Part shown: positions 18,393-26,447 of the stretch, piece after piece | Layout: the number at the start of each line of letters is the position of its first letter | How positions within the stretch are numbered: position 1 is the stretch's first letter | From: Myxococcota bacterium | GTDB taxonomy: Bacteria > Myxococcota_A > UBA9042 > DTJE01 | Assembly: GCA_017994695.1 (NCBI GenBank) | Contig: JAGOKF010000004.1 | Location: 10,218-74,217 of the forward strand | Length of the DNA: 64,000 bases | Reading direction: 5' to 3' | Notes under the pieces: model-generated | Seen by the model: the letters and a program-made list of their open reading frames with translations, nothing else | What the model was told of the DNA's origin: nothing | The model's database searches: none | Made by a program: the position numbers and the translations under genes

Positions 18393-19331
18393 TCAGAACA
18401 ACGAGGGATCCGGAGGGGGGCCGATCACCTCGGCCGCGACGCCCAGGTCGGCCAGGCTCCGCTGCATGCCGGAGGCCCCTGGACCCGACAGCACCAGGCG
18501 GACCGCGCCGGCGGCCCGGAATGCCCGGGCCACAAGCCCGGGGCCGGACCCGGAAAGGACGACCCTCCTCCACCACACCTCTCCCCGGGAACAGGCCCCG
18601 GGGAGCGTCCGCTTCCCGGAGGCCACCCACAGTGCCACCGCCCCGGGCGGAATGGGCGACCCGCCATCCCAGTCCCGGACCGGCGGCAGTTCCAGGCCCT
18701 GGCGGGTCCCGGCCCGGCAAAGGGCCCGGATCCCCGGGGGGACCCGGATCGGTCGCGGGGTCCCCCGGAGACGGCCCAGCGTCTCCAGGGCACTGCCGAG
18801 TCCGTCCAGGACCAGGCAGATCGCCCGGTCCTGATCCCGGGCGACCTCCTCGAGGAACCCGGCATCCGGGACCGCCTCGCCCTTCCCCGCCCCCTCCAGG
18901 TCCCCCCTGCGGGCCCGGGAGGACCACAGCAGGGTGTCCACCCGGGCCCCCGGGTCCGTGTTCCATGCCCGTTCCACGAAGGCCTCGTCCCCTTCCCGCA
19001 GGTACAGCAGGCGATCCGCCCCCCGTTCGACCAGCAGGCAGGAGGATCCGGGACTGGTGCCCGTGGCCCGGACGGCCAGACGCAACCGGCCCAGCCCGAT
19101 GGTTCCCGCCAGCGGCAGGGCCCGGACACCGGGGCGCAGTGCCTCCAGCAGCCTCGCCAGTTCCGGATGACAGAGGACCTGTCCCCGGACCCTCCTTCCG
19201 GCCAGGGCATCCAGCGACGACAGGAACCCCGCCCCCGGATCGGGCCACGCGTCGAACCAGAGCGGGCTCCCCCGGAGCCGGATCCCGGGACCCGACCGGG
19301 ACCACTCCAGTTCGAAGTCCCCGGGATGCAT
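18393..19331 (-). CDS. degenerate metallo-beta-lactamase / beta-CASP-like protein lacking the HxHxDH motif
   Basis: ATG preceded by GGGAGGG, 22 nt after the pilS stop. Fold-like blocks LWFDAW, FLSSLDALAG (where HxHxDH is expected), TGTSPGSSCLLVERGADRLLY, DTLLWSS, ICLVLDGLGSALE. Assignment by eye only. Confidence 0.4.
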   Translation of the reverse strand: MHPGDFELEWSRSGPGIRLRGSPLWFDAWPDPGAGFLSSLDALAGRRVRGQVLCHPELARLLEALRPGVRALPLAGTIGLGRLRLAVRATGTSPGSSCLLVERGADRLLYLREGDEAFVERAWNTDPGARVDTLLWSSRARRGDLEGAGKGEAVPDAGFLEEVARDQDRAICLVLDGLGSALETLGRLRGTPRPIRVPPGIRALCRAGTRQGLELPPVRDWDGGSPIPPGAVALWVASGKRTLPGACSRGEVWWRRVVLSGSGPGLVARAFRAAGAVRLVLSGPGASGMQRSLADLGVAAEVIGPPPDPSLF

Positions 19332-19353
19332 CCGTCCCTCCCTCGAGCCCGGG

Positions 19354-21096
19354 TCAGGCCAGGGGCAGCCGCACCTCGAACTCGGTCCGCAACCCGGGCA
19401 CGCTCCGCACCGTCACGTCCCCGCGGTGCTCCTGGCATGCCTGCTTCACGATCGCGAGCCCCAGGCCGGTTCCCCGGGCCTTCGTGGTGAAGAAGGCGTC
19501 GAAGACCCTCGGCAGGTCGTCCGGCGGGATTCCCGGACCGTTGTCGATCACCCGGACCACGGCGGCCGGCGGGTCCCCCTCCCGGTCGGCGCGCATCCAC
19601 ACCTCGATCTCGCCGGGCCGATCCAGGGCTTCCACGGCGTTCTTGCACAGGTTCAGGAAGATGCGGTAGAGGCGATGGCGGTCCCCCGCCAGGACCAGCC
19701 CGGGTTCCAGGTCCGCGCGGATGCGGTGCAGGTCGGCCCGGGGCATCCCCCGCACCACCTCCAGCACCTCCGACAGAAGGTCCCCCAGGTCCACCTCGGT
19801 CCACTCCCCGGTCCGGGGCCTGGCGTAGTCCAGCAGTTCCGTGATCCACTCGTTCAGCCGATCGATCTCGCGGATCATGATCTCGAGCGGGCGCTGCTCC
19901 TCGCCCCCGTGGCCCAGGGACGCCTGGATCATCTGGGCCGACGCCGAGATCGCCGCGAGGGGATTGCGGATTTCATGGGCGACCACCGCGGCCAGTTTCC
20001 CGATCACCGCCAGGCGCTCCTCGGCCTTCCGCTGCTCCTCCAGGCGCCGGACATGGGTCACGTCGGCGAAATCCAGGATCCGCCCGATAGGCTCCCCCAT
20101 GCGGTCCATCAGCGGGGAAACGCCGATCTGGAGCCACCGCTCCGTCCCGTCGGCCGAGACGCACCGGAAGTCGAATGGGCCCGGCCCCCGCTCCACCAGG
20201 GGTTGCATGTCCGGGACCAGGTCGAACAGGACGCGGCCCCGGGAATTCCTCATGTCCAGCCCCAGCAACTGCTCCGCCGACCGGTTGATGTGCAGCACCC
20301 GGTAATCCAGCCGGCAGGTGATGACCCCGTTGTTCAGGGAGGCCAGGATGGACTCGTGGAGCTGCCGGAGGTCCTCCAGGCTGGTCCGGTAGCGCTCCCG
20401 CTGCAGGTCGGCCCGCTGCATCTGGGTCAGCAGGAAGCCCGACAGGACCCCGATGCTGACGAAGGCCACCAGGTTCAGCGCCAGGGAAAAGAGCACCGAG
20501 GATGCCGACCCGAGGGCCAGCACCTCGCCCAGGAACGCGGGGATCCCCACCAGTCCCAACTCCAGGGACGCGATCAGGCCCATCAGGATCGCCGACAGCC
20601 CGATGGCGAACCAGGTCCCCATCCGTCTCGCGAGGATGCCCGCCACGATGATGTTCAGGGAGAAGAAGAAGGTGAACGCCGATCCGGTTCCCCCGGTCGT
20701 GGCGACCAGCACGGCCGACAGCAGCGCGTCCTGGACCGACTGGGCCAGCGCCACGACCACCAGCCCCCGGTGGGACCGGATGACCATCAGGATCGGGAAC
20801 CAGATGGCCGCCGGCACCAGCCAGACCAGCGCCACCCGCATCAGGGTTCCCCGGACGACCTCCAGGAGGGACCCCCCCGCGCCCCCGGCAAAGAAGGCCG
20901 TCGCGGCCACCAGCACCAGGAGGCTGGCGATCCGCAGCCAGGACATCCACAGGAGTTTCCTCCGGAGACCCGCGACCACCCAGGGGGCCCGGGGGTCTTC
21001 CAGGTGGCTCGGGCCATGGTTACCCGACAGGATTGCCGGCGTGTAGTCGTGGCCTGCGGCAGAGGACGTCCCGGGCCGTGGGGATGGGGAAGCCAC
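19354..21096 (-). CDS. pilS: sensor histidine kinase, PilS-like (multi-TM input, PAS, HisKA, HATPase)
   Basis: H-box VAHEIRNPLAAISASAQMI, N-box LNLCKNAVEAL, G-boxes DNGPGIP and GTGLGLAIV. Polytopic N-terminus. Immediately follows pilC. Start is uncertain: GTG 21096 or ATG 20946. Confidence 0.7.
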   Translation of the reverse strand: MASPSPRPGTSSAAGHDYTPAILSGNHGPSHLEDPRAPWVVAGLRRKLLWMSWLRIASLLVLVAATAFFAGGAGGSLLEVVRGTLMRVALVWLVPAAIWFPILMVIRSHRGLVVVALAQSVQDALLSAVLVATTGGTGSAFTFFFSLNIIVAGILARRMGTWFAIGLSAILMGLIASLELGLVGIPAFLGEVLALGSASSVLFSLALNLVAFVSIGVLSGFLLTQMQRADLQRERYRTSLEDLRQLHESILASLNNGVITCRLDYRVLHINRSAEQLLGLDMRNSRGRVLFDLVPDMQPLVERGPGPFDFRCVSADGTERWLQIGVSPLMDRMGEPIGRILDFADVTHVRRLEEQRKAEERLAVIGKLAAVVAHEIRNPLAAISASAQMIQASLGHGGEEQRPLEIMIREIDRLNEWITELLDYARPRTGEWTEVDLGDLLSEVLEVVRGMPRADLHRIRADLEPGLVLAGDRHRLYRIFLNLCKNAVEALDRPGEIEVWMRADREGDPPAAVVRVIDNGPGIPPDDLPRVFDAFFTTKARGTGLGLAIVKQACQEHRGDVTVRSVPGLRTEFEVRLPLA

Positions 21097-21099
21097 GGC

Positions 21100-22320
21100 C
21101 TATTTCCCGGTCCCGGAGAGGTTGTCGGCCATCGAGAAGATCGGCAGGTACATCGCGATCAGCACGAAGCCCACCATGCCGCCGATGACGATCATCAGCA
21201 TCGGCTCGATCATCGACGTCAGGGCCTCGACCGAGGCATCCACCTCGTCGTCGTAGAAGTCGGCGATCTTCGTCAGCATGACGTCCATCGCGCCGGTGGA
21301 CTCGCCGACGGCGATCATCTGGACCACCATCTTCGGGAAGATGCGGGCCTCGTCCAGGGGGCCGGCGATGTTCTTTCCTTCGGCGACCTTGGACCGGGTG
21401 TACTGGATGCCCTTCTCGATCACCCGGTTGCCCGCGGACTTCGCGACGACGTCCAGGCCGTCCAGGATCGGGACGCCCGAGGACACCAGGGTCCCCAGGG
21501 TCCGGGTGAACCGGGCGATGGAGGACTTCTGCACCAGGGTGCCGATGACGGGGATCTTCAGGAGCAGCAGGTCCAGCAGGTAGGCCCCGGTCCTGCTTCG
21601 CTTGAACAGCACGAACCCGACGATCAGCGCCGTCGCCACCAGGGCGAACCACGGGACATTGTGGAGGAACTTGTTGGACAGGTTCACGACGAACTGCGTC
21701 AGGGCCGGCAGTTCCCGGTTGCCGACGCCCTTGAAGATGCCCGCCATCGAGGGGATCACCTTGCCCAGCAGCAGCACCATGATGCCGCCTGCGGCGATCA
21801 GGACGAAGGACGGGTATTTCAGTGCCCCCTGGACCTTCTGGCGGAGTTTCATCGACTTTTCGGTGTAGGACGCCAGCCGGTTCAGGATCGTGTCCAGGAT
21901 GCCGCCCACCTCGCCCGCCTGGACCAGAGAGACGAAGAGGGTGTCGAAGACCTTGGGATGCTTCTTCAGGGCATCGGCCAGCGTGGATCCCTGCTCGACC
22001 TGGCCCTTCACCGAGAGGATCACCTTCTTGAACTGGGGGTCGGGCTCCTGGCTCCCCAGGATGTCCAGGCACTGGACCAGCGGCAGGCCGGCGTCGATCA
22101 TGGTGGCCAACTGCCGGGTGAAGACCACCAGCGTCTTGGTCTTGACCCCTCCCAGGCTCGGAAGGGTGATTTCGATCTGTCCCCAGGCCCGGGAGACCTT
22201 GGTCGGCTGGACCCCCGAGGCCCGGACCCGGGCCTCGGCCTCGGCCAGGTTGGAGGCCTCGACGATCCCCTTCCGGAACTGCCCCTCCCGGGTCGTCCCC
22301 TCGTACTGGAACTTCGCCAT
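21100..22320 (-). CDS. pilC: type IV pilus inner-membrane platform protein PilC (GspF family)
   Basis: 406 aa. Duplicated GspF-type domains and three TM segments. Position between pilT and pilS. Confidence 0.9.
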   Translation of the reverse strand: MAKFQYEGTTREGQFRKGIVEASNLAEAEARVRASGVQPTKVSRAWGQIEITLPSLGGVKTKTLVVFTRQLATMIDAGLPLVQCLDILGSQEPDPQFKKVILSVKGQVEQGSTLADALKKHPKVFDTLFVSLVQAGEVGGILDTILNRLASYTEKSMKLRQKVQGALKYPSFVLIAAGGIMVLLLGKVIPSMAGIFKGVGNRELPALTQFVVNLSNKFLHNVPWFALVATALIVGFVLFKRSRTGAYLLDLLLLKIPVIGTLVQKSSIARFTRTLGTLVSSGVPILDGLDVVAKSAGNRVIEKGIQYTRSKVAEGKNIAGPLDEARIFPKMVVQMIAVGESTGAMDVMLTKIADFYDDEVDASVEALTSMIEPMLMIVIGGMVGFVLIAMYLPIFSMADNLSGTGK

Positions 22321-22360
22321 CCGGACCCCTCCTGCCCGACCGGGCCGCCCGTTCCCGCCC

Positions 22361-23497
22361 TCACAGACCGGCCTGGGCCATCATGTTCTGCAGTTCCTCC
22401 AGGTCCCCGGCCCGCAACAGGGCCTCCTCCTTCGTGATCAACCGCTCCTTGACCAGCCGGAGCAGGCTCTGGTTCAGGGTCTGCATTCCCGATCGGCCCT
22501 GGCCCATCTGCATCTGGGAGTAGATCTGGTGGATCTTCCCCTCCCGGATCAGGTTCCGGACGGCCGGCGTGGGCATCAGCAGTTCCAGGGCCATCACCCG
22601 TCCCCGTCCGTCCATCCGGGGCAGCAACTGCTGGCACAGGATCCCCTCGACCACGAAGGCGAACTGTCCCCGCACCCGCTCCTGCTGCTCCACCGGAAAG
22701 AGGTCCATCACCCGGTTGATCGTCTGGGAGGCGGAGTTGGTGTGCAATGTGGACAGCACCAGGTGTCCCGTCTCGGACAGGCGCAGCGCCGTCTCCATCG
22801 TCTCGGTGTCCCGGATCTCCCCCACCAGCACGACGTCCGGGTCCTGGCGCATCACGTAGCGCAGCGCGTCGGAGAAGGTCTGGGTATCGGACCCCACCTC
22901 CCGCTGGTTCACGATGCAGTTCTTGTGGGTGTGCAGGAACTCGATGGGGTCCTCGATGGTGATGATGTGCCCCCGGCGCCGCTGGTTGATCAGGTCGATC
23001 ATCGAGGCCAGCGTGGTGGACTTCCCGGACCCGGTGGGCCCCGTGACGAGGATCAGTCCCCGCGGGCGGTCGATCAACTGGTAGATCGCCTGCGGCAGCC
23101 CCAGTTCCTCGAAGGTCAGGATGCGGGTCGGGATCTGCCGCAGCGCCCCGGCGATGCTGCCCCGCTGGCGGAAGAAGTTCGCCCGGAAGCGGCTCACCCC
23201 CTTCCACTGAAAGGACAGGTCGATCTCGTTCCGCTCCTCGAAACGCTTCTTCTGGCTCTCGGTCAGGATCGAGTAGGCGAGGCGCTGGGTGTCGGCCGGG
23301 GACAACGGCGGGACCTTGACGGGGTAGAGGTTGCCGTCCACCCGAAGGTGGGGCGGCGTCCCGACCGTGATGTGCAGGTCCGAGGCGCCCTTCTCGACCA
23401 TCACCTGGAGGAGGGCATGGATTTCCAGCGCCGGGTTGCCGCCCGCCGGCGGTGTGGGAGTCGGGGTCCTGGGGGTGGAGGGCCCTGGGGAATTCAT
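22361..23497 (-). CDS. pilT: type IV pilus retraction ATPase PilT
   Basis: Walker A GPTGSGKSTT, Asp box IITIEDPIEF, Walker B VVLVGEIRD, His box LSTLHTNSA, PilT-type C-terminus. Confidence 0.9.
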   Translation of the reverse strand: MNSPGPSTPRTPTPTPPAGGNPALEIHALLQVMVEKGASDLHITVGTPPHLRVDGNLYPVKVPPLSPADTQRLAYSILTESQKKRFEERNEIDLSFQWKGVSRFRANFFRQRGSIAGALRQIPTRILTFEELGLPQAIYQLIDRPRGLILVTGPTGSGKSTTLASMIDLINQRRRGHIITIEDPIEFLHTHKNCIVNQREVGSDTQTFSDALRYVMRQDPDVVLVGEIRDTETMETALRLSETGHLVLSTLHTNSASQTINRVMDLFPVEQQERVRGQFAFVVEGILCQQLLPRMDGRGRVMALELLMPTPAVRNLIREGKIHQIYSQMQMGQGRSGMQTLNQSLLRLVKERLITKEEALLRAGDLEELQNMMAQAGL

Positions 23498-23509
23498 GGT
23501 CCTCCCTGG

Positions 23510-25333
23510 TCAGTCCGCACGGGTCACCCGGAGCACCTCCTCGATGGTGGTGATGCCGGCCTTCACCTTCGCCAGGCCCGCCTGCCGCAGCGACATCATG
23601 CCCAGCCGCATCGCTTCCCGCTTCAGTTCGACCGCCGAGAACCCCTGGAGGATGGCCTCCTTGATCTCGTCCCCGACGGGCATCACCTCGTAGATGCCGC
23701 TCCGGCCCTTGTAGCCCGTCTCGTTGCAGACGCGGCATCCCCGGCCCTTCATCGGCACGACGCTCTTCGCCTCCTTCTCCGGGAAGCCGATCTGCATCAG
23801 CACCTCCGGGGAGACGGGAGCGGGTTCCTTGCACTCCTTGCAGATCTTCCGCACCAGCCGCTGGGCCAGCACGAGGATCAGCGACGCCGTGACCAGGAAC
23901 GGCTCGATGCCCATGTTCAGGAGCCGGTTGATCGTCGAGGGGGCGTCGTTGGTGTGCAGGGTCGAGAGCACCAGGTGCCCCGTCAGTGCCGCCTTGACGG
24001 CCGTCTCCGCCGTCTCGAAGTCCCGGATCTCGCCGACCATGATGATGTCGGGGTCCTGCCGGAGGAAGGAGCGGAGCGCCGCGGCGAAGGTCAGGCCGAT
24101 CTCCTCGCGGACGTGGACCTGGTTGATCCCGGGGATGTTCATCTCGACGGGGTCCTCGGCCGTGGAGATGTTCTCGGTCGTGGTGTTCAGTTCCGTCAGG
24201 GCCGAGTAGAGCGTGGTGGACTTTCCGGACCCCGTCGGCCCGGTGACCAGCACCATGCCCCAGGGCTGGTGGATCGCCTCCCGGAACTGCCGCAGGGGGA
24301 CCTCCTCGAACCCGATGGCCGCCAGGTCCAGTTTCAGGGCGCTCTTGTCCAGGACCCGGGCGACGACCTTCTCCCCGAAGAGGCAGGGGAGGATGCTGAT
24401 CCGGAAATCGACCTCCTTCTCCTTGCCCATCACCAGCCGGATCCGGCCGTCCTGGGGCAGGCGGCGCTCGGCGATGTCCAGTTCCGCCATGATCTTGATG
24501 CGCGAGACGATGGCGTTCCGCAGGCGCATCGGCGGGCGCATCACCTCGTAGAGCACGCCGTCCATCCGGTAGCGGACCCGGAAGTCCTTCTCGTAGGCCT
24601 CGATGTGGATGTCCGAGGCCCCGCGCTTCACCGCATCGACCAGGATCATGTTCACCAGCCGGACGACCGGGGCCTCCTCGGTGGCCTTCGCCAGTTCCGT
24701 GAGGTCCACCTGCTCGTCCTTCACCACGTCGATGCGCCCGGGCTCCTCCTCCCCCTCGATCTCCTCGAAGAGGGACTTCAGGCGCTCGTCGTGCTGGGTC
24801 GTCCCGTAGTACCGCTCGATGGCCTTCCGGATGGACGTCTCGGAGGCGACGAGGACCTCGACGTTGAGCCCCGTCAGGAACTTCAGGTCGTCCATCGCGT
24901 AGATGTTGCCCGGGTCGCTCATCGCGACGATCAGCGTGGACCCCTGGCGCATGATCGGCATCAGGACGTGCCGCTCCGCCACCTCCCGGGGCACCAGTTT
25001 CACGGCCTCCTCGCTGACGTCCGCCTCGTCCAGGTTGATCGACGGGACCCCGTACTGGCGGGACAGGAAACTGATGAGGTGGCTCTCCTCCAGGTAGCCC
25101 AGTTTCGCCAGCGTGTAGCCCAGGTTCTCGCCTTCCTGCTGCACCCGCTGGGCGTCCTGCAACTGGCTCAGGTTGATCAGTTTCTCCCGGAGCAGCAGTT
25201 CCCCGAGGGTGCCCCCGGCCCCGCCGATCCGCGCGGGGGTGTAGTCCCCTCCGGATCCCAGGCGGGAAGGCAGGCGGTCGGTCGTCCTGGAAGAGGCATC
25301 ATCCTTCGCGGGATCCCTGGGGTCTTCCGGCAT
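23510..25333 (-). CDS. pilB: type IV pilus assembly ATPase PilB (GspE family)
   Basis: ATG at 25333 preceded by GGAGAGAGG. T2SSE_N-like N-terminus, Walker A GPTGSGKSTT, tetracysteine CKEC...CRVC zinc motif. Confidence 0.9.
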   Translation of the reverse strand: MPEDPRDPAKDDASSRTTDRLPSRLGSGGDYTPARIGGAGGTLGELLLREKLINLSQLQDAQRVQQEGENLGYTLAKLGYLEESHLISFLSRQYGVPSINLDEADVSEEAVKLVPREVAERHVLMPIMRQGSTLIVAMSDPGNIYAMDDLKFLTGLNVEVLVASETSIRKAIERYYGTTQHDERLKSLFEEIEGEEEPGRIDVVKDEQVDLTELAKATEEAPVVRLVNMILVDAVKRGASDIHIEAYEKDFRVRYRMDGVLYEVMRPPMRLRNAIVSRIKIMAELDIAERRLPQDGRIRLVMGKEKEVDFRISILPCLFGEKVVARVLDKSALKLDLAAIGFEEVPLRQFREAIHQPWGMVLVTGPTGSGKSTTLYSALTELNTTTENISTAEDPVEMNIPGINQVHVREEIGLTFAAALRSFLRQDPDIIMVGEIRDFETAETAVKAALTGHLVLSTLHTNDAPSTINRLLNMGIEPFLVTASLILVLAQRLVRKICKECKEPAPVSPEVLMQIGFPEKEAKSVVPMKGRGCRVCNETGYKGRSGIYEVMPVGDEIKEAILQGFSAVELKREAMRLGMMSLRQAGLAKVKAGITTIEEVLRVTRAD

Positions 25334-25379
25334 CGAAAACGTCCTCTCTCCGGGGGCCAGGAACCTCAATTGGCCATTG

Positions 25380-25409
25380 ATTCTAGGGACGGGAAGGGCG
25401 CGAAGTCAA
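25380..25409 (-). promoter_or_regulatory. candidate sigma70-type promoter upstream of pilB
   Basis: Minus strand reads TTGACT-18 nt-TAGAAT. It is an AT-rich island in GC-rich DNA, about 45 nt upstream of the pilB ATG. Confidence 0.5.
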
Positions 25410-25429
25410 GAATCCCCTCGGGGCCCTCC

Positions 25430-26428
25430 CTAGGCGATCCCGCGCCAGGAGTTCAGGATCTTCAGGTAGTTCCCCCGCTCGTAGGCCGAGGGATCCGCGA
25501 CCCGGGACAGGCTCATCGAGCCCTGCATCTGCCCGACGGACTCGTAGTCGTGGTCCGCCATCCACTTCGACAGGCCCGCGACCAGCGCCGCCGCGGCGCC
25601 GGGCCCGTCCCGGAGCAGGGCCGAGACCACCTGGACCGACCGGGCGCCGGCCATCAGGCTCTTCACCACGTCCACCGTGTCGTGGACGCCGCCGGTGACC
25701 GACAGGTCCGCCGGGACCCGGCCGAAGAGCAGCGCCAGCCAGCGCAGCCGGAGCAGCAGTTCCGCCGAAGTGGAGAGGTGAAGGCTCGACTCCACCTCCA
25801 GGCGCTCGACGTCGATGTCCGGCTGGTAGAAGCGGTTGAAGAGGACGATCCCGTCGGCCCCCGCCGCGGCCAGCCGGCTGGCGAAGTTCCCCAGGGCGGT
25901 GTAGAAGGGGGAGATCTTCACCGCCACGGGGATCGTCACCGCCGCCTTCACGGACCGGACCACCTCCAGGGCCCGGGACTCGACCTGATCCGCGGTCTCG
26001 TCGGGGTCCCCGGCGACGTGGTAGAGGTTCAGTTCCAGGGCGTCGGCCCCGGCCTGCTGGATCAGCCGGGCATGGTCCGTCCAGCCCTTCCCGGTGATCC
26101 CGTTCAGGCTGCCGATCACCGGGCAGGTCACGGCCTGCTTGACCTTCCGGACCTGCTCCAGGTAGTTCTCGGGCCCCAGCCGGTACTCCGACGGCTCGGG
26201 GAGGTAGGACCGGGCCTCGGCAAAGGATTCGGACACCAGTTCCCGGGCCAGGTGCTCGGACCACTGCTCCTGCAGCAGCTGTTCCTCGAAGAGGCTGTGC
26301 ATCACGATGGCGCCGACGCCGGCCTCTTCCAGGCGCCGGACCGCGTCCAGGTCGTCCACCAGCGGACTGGCCCCGGCCACGATGGGGTTTTTCAGTTCGA
26401 TCCCCAGGTACTTCGTCTTCAGGTCCAT
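25430..26428 (-). CDS. dihydroorotate dehydrogenase-like TIM-barrel flavoprotein (not a canonical PyrD)
   Basis: DHOD class-1-like blocks (LKNPIVAGASPL, ALELNLY, PVAVKISPF, GADGIVLFNR). The catalytic-base loop reads NLYHVA rather than N-x-S-C/S-P-N. Starts 19 nt after the PFOR stop. Confidence 0.7.
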   Translation of the reverse strand: MDLKTKYLGIELKNPIVAGASPLVDDLDAVRRLEEAGVGAIVMHSLFEEQLLQEQWSEHLARELVSESFAEARSYLPEPSEYRLGPENYLEQVRKVKQAVTCPVIGSLNGITGKGWTDHARLIQQAGADALELNLYHVAGDPDETADQVESRALEVVRSVKAAVTIPVAVKISPFYTALGNFASRLAAAGADGIVLFNRFYQPDIDVERLEVESSLHLSTSAELLLRLRWLALLFGRVPADLSVTGGVHDTVDVVKSLMAGARSVQVVSALLRDGPGAAAALVAGLSKWMADHDYESVGQMQGSMSLSRVADPSAYERGNYLKILNSWRGIA

Positions 26429-26447
26429 CGGTCTCCTCCTCGCCCGT

